From the NCBI GenBank assembly GCA_001890965.1, contig MLAY01000008.1, positions 616,341-630,636 of the forward strand: DNA of 14,296 bases, given 5' to 3'. The position numbers and the translations under genes were made by a program. How positions within the stretch are numbered: the first letter of the stretch is position 1; each line of letters opens with the position of its first letter. Below the pieces are notes generated by a model. That model worked only from the letters and a program-made list of their open reading frames with translations, had not been told where the DNA came from and ran no database searches. Origin of the DNA: a marine bacterium AO1-C (GTDB lineage: Bacteria > Bacteroidota > Bacteroidia > Cytophagales > Microscillaceae). Of the stretch, positions 8,300-14,296 are shown in pieces.

Positions 8300-9298
8300 T
8301 TAGATTTTTGCCAGCTCACCTTTCAGGTGCATAATGATGTTTACCTGGAAAGGATCTACCCCATTTTTCTCTGCCAAATAAAAAGATACCCAGTCTAACA
8401 AGTGAATCAAATAATAAGATTGGCTAATTAAACTTTCTCCCTTGGCATTAAGCTCTATCACTTTAGCAGCTTTTTCTTCAAAAATGGACTTACAAATATC
8501 CATACGAATTTTTACTCGCTCGTGGTCAAGTCCAGAACGAATCAACAATACCGCAGCTTTTTCGCGGATCACATCGCCTGATTCCCAACCTACTAATTCG
8601 TTGTGGTTCATTTCCGGGAAAACATGGGCGTGACACAATTGCTTAGAGTTTTCGTTGACTTGTTGCTGAAAACGTGTAATCACCCCAGCAAAGTGAGTAT
8701 CTGAATATACTACTGGCAAATGATTGTAAAATGCATCGGCTAAATCTTTGGCTTTAGTCTGAATATCTGCCAAATCAGATTCTAACAATTGCAATGTTTC
8801 GGTGTAAGCCGTTTCAAATTCAGTGTCTGACAGACCATATCCTTTAAAGACATACAACAATTGAGTCAATGAGTAACCTAAAAATGCTCTTGGGCAAGGG
8901 GCTTCATTAGGAATTTGGGCATAATCATACCCGTTGCTTTGGGCAATTTCTAATAATTTACCTCCCGAGGTTACACAAAATACTTTAGCGCCTTTGCTTT
9001 GTACTACTTCCAACGCCTGAAGAGTTTCCTCGGTGTTGCCAGAAAAAGAACAAGCTATAAATAAAGTGCTGGCACTTATAAAATTAGGTACTGTATATGT
9101 TTTTGAAACAGTAACAGGCACCTTTAGTCCAGAAGCCATAAAAGCTTCTACCAAATTACCGCCAATTCCTGAGCCACCCAAACCGGCAATTACTACGTTT
9201 TGAATGGGCTGAGCAGGGGCAGTGAAGGTAAGGCTCTTTCCTATTTCCTGAGCCTTTTGCAGTTGATTGCGAAAACCTTCTATGAGTGATTGCATCAT
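8300..9298 (-). CDS. Bifunctional phosphoglucose/phosphomannose isomerase (SIS-domain, archaeal/bacterial PGI/PMI family)
   Basis: 332 aa. The N-terminal SIS domain carries a glycine-rich phosphate-binding segment (VVIAGLGGSGIGGNLVEAF) and a second SIS-like segment (FIACSFSGNTEETL). The C-terminal PGI/PMI-type domain contains …GWESGDVIREKAAVLLIRSGLDHERVKIRMD…. It starts at a double ATG (9298/9295). Confidence 0.7.
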   Translation of the reverse strand: MMQSLIEGFRNQLQKAQEIGKSLTFTAPAQPIQNVVIAGLGGSGIGGNLVEAFMASGLKVPVTVSKTYTVPNFISASTLFIACSFSGNTEETLQALEVVQSKGAKVFCVTSGGKLLEIAQSNGYDYAQIPNEAPCPRAFLGYSLTQLLYVFKGYGLSDTEFETAYTETLQLLESDLADIQTKAKDLADAFYNHLPVVYSDTHFAGVITRFQQQVNENSKQLCHAHVFPEMNHNELVGWESGDVIREKAAVLLIRSGLDHERVKIRMDICKSIFEEKAAKVIELNAKGESLISQSYYLIHLLDWVSFYLAEKNGVDPFQVNIIMHLKGELAKI

Positions 9299-9623
9299 AA
9301 TCGGTGTGTTTTTTCAGTGTTTTTACAAGCTCGTAAAACAAATAAATAACCCCCACTTTACAAAACAGCACGGATTGAATTAGGCAGAAAATTATTTTAT
9401 CTAAAATAGGCTGCTGACTTACAACAAGTTAACTATTAAAACAAAAGAAAAATTAAAAATAATTTAAAATTAGACGAGCTTTACACTTCCTGTATATTCT
9501 ATCAAAACACCTACATCTACCTTGTTTTACACAAAATATGATTAGTTTATAAGCACTAGTAACTTATAACAAACCTTGGGCGTTTTTAAGTAAAATAATG
9601 TATCAAACTAAATAAGTGAATCT

Positions 9624-10217
9624 ATGAAGTCATCAGAAAACCACACCAAAAAAGGTATATGGTATTACTCTTCTACTACTATAGATATACATGCATCACG
9701 TACGGTGTTTTGGATACTCTCATTTAGTAGCATTGTTTTTTACCTCTCTTATCTTTATCTACCATACGATGAAACCCTCTTATGGCCCTTGGCCATTGTT
9801 ATTTTATGGATATTTTTTCAATTTCGACATCGTGAACGCTCAGCACCTGATCGTATTTCCTTTTATAAAAGAGGGATTAAGATTACCCAAAAAGGAAAAA
9901 CTTATAGGTTTTATCATACACACATGACTGCCCCTAGCCTAAAACGTACTACAATCACCAAGTTAGAGTATGAGCATTTCGCCATCTGTTTAAGTTTTAC
10001 GATAAAAGACATCCACGAAAATTTTATAGCTCCTCCCAATAATCGCTTATCAATTGTGTTTATCATCCCTCCTGGGCTACGAGTGGGTCAAGTAGAATAT
10101 AGCTTAGATTATAGAATACCATATCCCTATTTCCAACTGAAGGATAAAGATGTTTTTGAACATTTAATAAAGTTAAAAAAACAAATAGAAGAAGTAAGCA
10201 ATCAAACTACTGATTAA
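9624..10217 (+). CDS. Hypothetical small membrane protein (two predicted N-terminal TM helices plus a cytoplasmic domain of about 120 aa). The architecture is reminiscent of YdbS/bPH_2-type proteins, but that is not verified.
   Basis: 197 aa with an ATG start. There are two hydrophobic segments (VFWILSFSSIVFYLSYLYL and LLWPLAIVILWIFFQF) followed by a charged soluble domain. It is divergent from the PGI gene and sits 110 bp upstream of, and co-directional with, the OMP gene. Confidence 0.5.
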   Translation: MKSSENHTKKGIWYYSSTTIDIHASRTVFWILSFSSIVFYLSYLYLPYDETLLWPLAIVILWIFFQFRHRERSAPDRISFYKRGIKITQKGKTYRFYHTHMTAPSLKRTTITKLEYEHFAICLSFTIKDIHENFIAPPNNRLSIVFIIPPGLRVGQVEYSLDYRIPYPYFQLKDKDVFEHLIKLKKQIEEVSNQTTD

Positions 10218-10298
10218 TGTATCTCACACAACCCTGTTAAAATTCTGTTAAGCTTATTCTTAGTCAAAGTTCTTCAAAATCTCTACAGATTTGACCAC

Positions 10299-10306
10299 TA
10301 CTTTTG
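10299..10306 (+). promoter_or_regulatory. Candidate Bacteroidota sigma-A -7 box (TAnnTTTG) for the OMP gene
   Basis: TACTTTTG lies at 10299-10306, about 20-27 nt upstream of the ATG codons at 10327/10333. No well-spaced -33 TTG is present. It is the only exact TAnnTTTG match in the 110-bp intergenic region. Confidence 0.3.
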
Positions 10307-10332
10307 AGTGTAATTATAACTTACACATGGAC

Positions 10333-12777
10333 ATGAAAAAGCTAAACCTTATTTTAAACACACTATTTATCAGCTTGTTAGTGATTGGCAGCACTCAGGC
10401 CCAATCTATCAGGGGTAAGTTGATAGACCCTAAAACCAAAAAACCAGTAGAATTTGCAGTAATAGGACTTTTCAAAGCTGGAAGTACAGATCAAACTAAA
10501 GCTGTAGGTTCGGCTACTACTAATCTTGACGGTACTTTTGTACTACCCAATCTCCCATTTGGCAAATATGATTTGGTAGCCAGTATGATTGGCTATGAGA
10601 AAAAGACATTGAAAAATTTAGATGTAAGTGCAGCTCGTCCCAACCTCAACTTACAAAATGTAGAGATGCAATCGTCGGTGGTAAATCTGGATGAAATCGT
10701 AGTAGAAGCCAAAAGGGAATTTATCCAGGCCAATGAAGAAGGTATAAAAGTAAAAGCAGATAATAATATTTCTCAGCAAGGAGGATCGGCTTTAGATATC
10801 TTAAGAAACATTCCGGGAATTACAGTAGACAATGACGGAAACATTAGTTTACGTGGTACTTCTGCCAATATATTAATCAATGGTCGTAACTCAGCGCTTA
10901 CAGGTACCTCGCGGGGAGGAGGCTTGGAAACTTTACCAGCCAGTGCTATCAAGGATGTAAACATTAGTACTAACCCTTCAGCCAAATATGATGCTGCCGG
11001 GGTGGGTGGTGTGATCAACATTACTCTTAAAAAGGGGGTGAAAACTGGTACCAATGCTATGATTACGATCGGAGGAAGTAATAATGGACGTTACAATGGT
11101 TCGGTACGGGTGAATCGTCGCTCTGATAAATTTAATTGGTTTGCTTCTTATGATGTTCGTCGCAACTTTCGTCGGGTTTGGTTTGATAACGAACGAGAAA
11201 CTTTCAATGATTTTAGCCGCTCTCGCTTTTTGATCCAAGATCGTGATGGAGAACGTATTGATAACAACCATACATTGAAATTAGGAGGAGATTGGTTTAT
11301 TGATAAAAAAACCACGCTAAGTATTGAAGGCTTGGCAGGAATCAGTAAACAAGATGAACCCGAGTTTTTGATTAGTAGGTTTGGATCTACCCGCACTGTG
11401 TTAGACAGTACCCTGTTTACATTTAATGATGAGAAAGAAGATAACCTGACCTTTGAAGGAGCTTTGATTTTTACCCGAAAGTTTAACCGTAAAGGACAAA
11501 AACTAAATTTCTCCATCAGTGCTAATATAGGTACCGAGCTAGAAACTCAGGACGTGCAAACTGATTTGTTTGAGGTGGGTACTACCGATGTGCTTAACTC
11601 CCAGATTTTACAGCGCTCAGCCAATAACAACATTAATAATATCACCAACATTCAACTGGATTACACTCATCCTCTGGGTAAGAAGTTTTCTATGGAAACT
11701 GGTTATAAAGCCATTATCCGAGATATGAATCTAGATTTTGATCAGGAGGTGTTTGATGAGATTACCCAAACTTACCAATTTGATGCTACGCTTAGTAATG
11801 AGTTTAAGTATGACGAACAAGTACATGCAGCTTATGCGCTTTTTAAAGGAAAGCTGAATAAAAAAATTGGGGTAAACTTTGGGCTAAGAGCTGAACAAGT
11901 GTTGCTCACCGCTAAATCGGACAATGCGGAGCCTTTTACTAATAATTACTTCAATTTATTCCCAAGTGCGCGTATTGTGTATAACATTCGCAAAGGAGAG
12001 TTTATCAAGATTGGTTATAGTAAGCGTATTCGCCGTCCTCGCTTCCGCTTGTTAAACCCTTTCCGTGATATTTCTAACCCTAACAACATTCGGGTAGGAA
12101 ATCCAGAATTAGGCCCAGAACTCACCCATTCTGCTGAAATTGGTTATAATAAAATATGGAACAAGTTTAGTTTTATTCCAAGCTTATTTTACCGCCACAC
12201 AAATAATGTAATCCAACGCTTCACGACTCAAGACCCCAATGATCCAACTGTATTTATTCGTCGTCCGATCAACTTGGGAACTTCTACTTCTTATGGAGTA
12301 GAGTTAATCTTGATTGGTAATATCACCAAGTGGTGGGATTTCAATGCGAGTTATAGCTTTTTTAATCAGGAAATCGATGCACGCAATGCTGAAACTGATT
12401 TGATTACAAGTAGCACAAGCTGGAATGCTCGCCTACAATCTAACTGGAAACTGGGCAAAAGAACCAGCTTTCAATTAACAGGTAACTACCGAGCACCTAT
12501 TGTAAGAGCACAAGGTACTCGTCGGGCGTTTTATGCGCTCAACTTTGGGTTCCGTCACAGTTTCTGGAATAAGCGTGCTACGTTTGGTTTAGTATTCAGC
12601 GATATATTTGATACCCGAGAGTTTGGTTTTGATGCCCTGACTGATGAATTTACTTCAAGTGGACGATATAAGAGAGAAAGCCAAATTGTTAGAGTAAGCC
12701 TTACTTATCAGATTGGAAAACGTTTCAAAACAAGCATTAAGAAAGGAAGAGGTAATCGTCGCCGAAGAAGAAGATAG
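10333..12777 (+). CDS. Outer-membrane beta-barrel protein: N-terminal carboxypeptidase-regulatory-like domain, then a TonB-dependent-receptor-like plug and barrel (OMP_b-brl_3/'TonB-dependent receptor' family)
   Basis: The signal peptide is MKKLNLILNTLFISLLVIGSTQAQS. The 6-frame ORF begins at a TTG at 10291, and ATGs lie at 10327 and 10333. The CarboxypepD_reg-like segment is IRGKLIDPKTKKPVEFAVIGL…GKYDLVASMIGYEKK. Plug-like motifs are present (DIVVEAKR…, LDILRNIPGITVDNDGNISLRGTS). The barrel region is long and rich in aromatic/glycine alternation, ending …VRVSLTYQIGKRF. This is followed by a basic tail, KTSIKKGRGNRRRRRR. Confidence 0.8.
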   Translation: MKKLNLILNTLFISLLVIGSTQAQSIRGKLIDPKTKKPVEFAVIGLFKAGSTDQTKAVGSATTNLDGTFVLPNLPFGKYDLVASMIGYEKKTLKNLDVSAARPNLNLQNVEMQSSVVNLDEIVVEAKREFIQANEEGIKVKADNNISQQGGSALDILRNIPGITVDNDGNISLRGTSANILINGRNSALTGTSRGGGLETLPASAIKDVNISTNPSAKYDAAGVGGVINITLKKGVKTGTNAMITIGGSNNGRYNGSVRVNRRSDKFNWFASYDVRRNFRRVWFDNERETFNDFSRSRFLIQDRDGERIDNNHTLKLGGDWFIDKKTTLSIEGLAGISKQDEPEFLISRFGSTRTVLDSTLFTFNDEKEDNLTFEGALIFTRKFNRKGQKLNFSISANIGTELETQDVQTDLFEVGTTDVLNSQILQRSANNNINNITNIQLDYTHPLGKKFSMETGYKAIIRDMNLDFDQEVFDEITQTYQFDATLSNEFKYDEQVHAAYALFKGKLNKKIGVNFGLRAEQVLLTAKSDNAEPFTNNYFNLFPSARIVYNIRKGEFIKIGYSKRIRRPRFRLLNPFRDISNPNNIRVGNPELGPELTHSAEIGYNKIWNKFSFIPSLFYRHTNNVIQRFTTQDPNDPTVFIRRPINLGTSTSYGVELILIGNITKWWDFNASYSFFNQEIDARNAETDLITSSTSWNARLQSNWKLGKRTSFQLTGNYRAPIVRAQGTRRAFYALNFGFRHSFWNKRATFGLVFSDIFDTREFGFDALTDEFTSSGRYKRESQIVRVSLTYQIGKRFKTSIKKGRGNRRRRRR

Positions 12778-12855
12778 TAGTTGTTCAAAAATTTTACAGC
12801 ATTTTCTAAAATGCACTATTTATAGGATTATTTCATCTTGATTTATTAGTTGTCA

Positions 12856-12891
12856 AAAGACCAGGGTTGATTAGCCTTGGTCTTTTTTTTT
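12856..12891 (+). terminator. Rho-independent terminator of the OMP gene
   Basis: AAGACCAGGG-ttgatta-GCCTTGGTCTT forms a hairpin with a roughly 10-bp stem carrying one mismatch/bulge. A T9 run follows immediately (12883-12891), about 80 nt downstream of the stop codon. Confidence 0.7.
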
Positions 12892-13619
12892 ATTATATAG
12901 TTCAAATAAGCCTTGTCATTTGAAAGCATATACTACGCTCATAATCAGTTGTTTTATTATGGAGCTTCTCACCCAAATTGATGAGAAGTAGCAATGCTGA
13001 ATGTATATATTCTATTCCAAATTAAATATGCATTGAAAACAAAATCCATTGTATTATTCAACACAAACAAAAATATATTCTGCAGAAAAAAATATACGAA
13101 AATTATATTTTCTTATACCAAAAGGTAACCTTTCATAATTTTGCCCGTAATAATAAGCAAATAGCATTTCATAAACTCAATGCAATGAAAACTTACTCAA
13201 ACATACCGCTCATCTCATTCTACACTCGTAGTGCTTGGTGTTGGTTATTAACTTACCAAAACTTGTTTGAGTAATAACTCCCCTCTCAATTTTTCTTTTT
13301 AACAATCTTATTACATTTCTGAATCCCTATTGGGAAACTTGATTACTTCTAGCATCATAGTGTATTCATGCGTGTTTTTAAGCATAAATACATCAATTTG
13401 CCGAGTCCAAGTTTGTAATACAGATCTATCTGCTATCCAATGCTGATAGCATACTTTCAATAATTTCAAGTTGATTTTATTCTTAAGGCTGAGCTTTGGG
13501 TCTATGCCCAAACTTAATGCGCGGTTTTTTGGAGTTTTTTATCAGTCAATTGACTTGATTTTATTGTTCACAGGAGAATTATATCTAATCAAATCATAAC
13601 ACATATATAATATTTAAGA

Positions 13620-14296
13620 ATTTTAGTGATCAAACTGAAGGAAAATAAGTGAAAGATTTAATGAAAAACTAAGTGATCAAAACAAGGAGAATAAGTATCA
13701 AGCAGGAAAGTAAGTGAAAGATTTAATGAAAAATGAAGTGATCAAATAAGGAAAATGTAACACAAAATTGAGTGAAAAAATTAAGGCAAATAAGTGACAA
13801 ACTACATGAAAAGTGGAAAACGTAAAGTGAAAATTAAGTAATCAAACGAGGAAAATAAAGTGATCAATGAAAGCAAGCAAAAAATTTCTAAACCTAATTA
13901 ACCTTTATTAAAAGGTGATCAAACGAGGAAAATAGTAATCAAACAGGAAAATAAAGTGATCGATGAAAGCAAGTAAAAAATTTCTAAACCTAACTAACCT
14001 TTATTAAGAAGTGATCAAACGAGGAGAATAGTAATCAAACAGGAAAATAAAGTGATCGATGAAAGCAAGTAAGAAAAAGTTTATAAGCCTAACTAACCAA
14101 TTTTAGAAAGTGAAAATAAGTGACAACTAAGGAAAATGAAGTAATCAAATAAATGAGTCTACAAAACTAACGATCAGGCACTTACAATAATAAAAACCAA
14201 GGAGAATAAAGTGATCAAGAAAAGCAAGTAAGAAAAAGTTTATAAGTCTAACTAACCAATTTTAGAAAGTGAAAATAAGTGACAACTAAGGAAAAT
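13620..14296. repeat. Degenerate, purine-rich (top strand) tandem repeat array with higher-order units, truncated by the window end
   Basis: The core GT[G/A]ATC[A/G]A[A/T/G] occurs at least 13 times: GTGATCAAA at 13626, 13673, 13738, 13860(…AAT), 13915, 14011 and 14211; GTGATCGAT at 13956 and 14052; GTAATCAAA at 13838, 13935, 14031 and 14141. The core is usually followed by (C/A)GAGGA(A/G)AATA(A)AG. AAGTGAAAGATTTAATGAAAAA is duplicated at 13647-13668 and 13712-13733. Three higher-order units lie at 13841-13917, 13918-14012 and 14013 onward, with a 61-bp near-identical block (1 mismatch) at 13918-13978 versus 14013-14073. A 97-bp block at 14041-14137 is about 95% identical to 14200-14296. The top strand is almost devoid of C, and no ORF longer than 60 aa occurs on either strand. 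Confidence 0.85.

Noticed and set aside
10291-10332. TTG start of the OMP ORF at 10291 (MTTTFECNYNLHMD…) and TTG start of the 144-aa ORF at 8218
   Set aside because: The ORF track counts TTG as a start. In both cases an ATG a few codons downstream gives a canonical N-terminus: a signal peptide MKKLNL… for the OMP, and MKKDIEF… for the hypothetical. The ATG starts are preferred.
13311-13511. 66-aa minus-strand ORF in the long non-coding region
   Set aside because: It is short and embedded in AT-rich sequence with hairpins. The product is of low complexity, with no recognisable motif and no convincing promoter/start context. Most likely it is a chance ORF.
12900-13619. tRNA or other structured RNA gene in the long non-coding spacer
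   Set aside because: There is no cloverleaf-compatible arrangement, no T-loop (GTTCRANYC) or anticodon-stem pattern, and no conserved box motifs. I found only simple hairpins.
13620-14296. CRISPR array interpretation of the terminal repeat region
   Set aside because: The repeat copies are degenerate rather than identical. Spacing is irregular (47-97 bp). The 'spacer' segments are themselves duplicated (61-bp and 97-bp blocks). The strand composition is purine-skewed and there are no cas genes. It is a degenerate tandem array, not repeat-spacer architecture.

Overview
This is a low-GC bacterial chromosomal segment, most likely from Bacteroidota (Cytophagia or Flavobacteriia-like). Three things point that way: no Shine-Dalgarno use, a TAnnTTTG-type -7 box, and a set of Bacteroidota-typical proteins (PD40/OmpA, CarboxypepD_reg plus beta-barrel OMP, a short GIY-YIG relic). 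Most of the window is ordinary housekeeping.

The + strand starts with a 5'-truncated TPR/PD40-propeller/OmpA lipoprotein-type gene. Next comes a weak terminator and a decayed GIY-YIG nuclease pseudogene.

The - strand then carries a co-directional run of five genes. In order of transcription they are a SIS-type phosphoglucose/phosphomannose isomerase, a 134-aa hypothetical, a PolB-like 3'-5' exonuclease homologue, a fused two-domain DppD/DppF-type ABC ATPase, and RNase R.

Two + strand genes are divergent from that run: a small two-TM membrane protein and an about 815-aa CarboxypepD_reg/TonB-receptor-like beta-barrel OMP. The OMP ends in a strong rho-independent terminator.

The last 1.4 kb (12892-14296) has no credible ORF. 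It ends in a conspicuous purine-rich, strand-asymmetric, degenerate tandem repeat array of at least 675 bp built on a GTGATCAAA-type core, and the window edge cuts it off. This array is the most unusual thing here.

No complete novel multi-gene 'system' can be supported from the sequence alone. The candidates worth a second look are the repeat array, the exonuclease homologue with apparently substituted catalytic residues plus its small upstream partner, and the membrane-protein/OMP pair.
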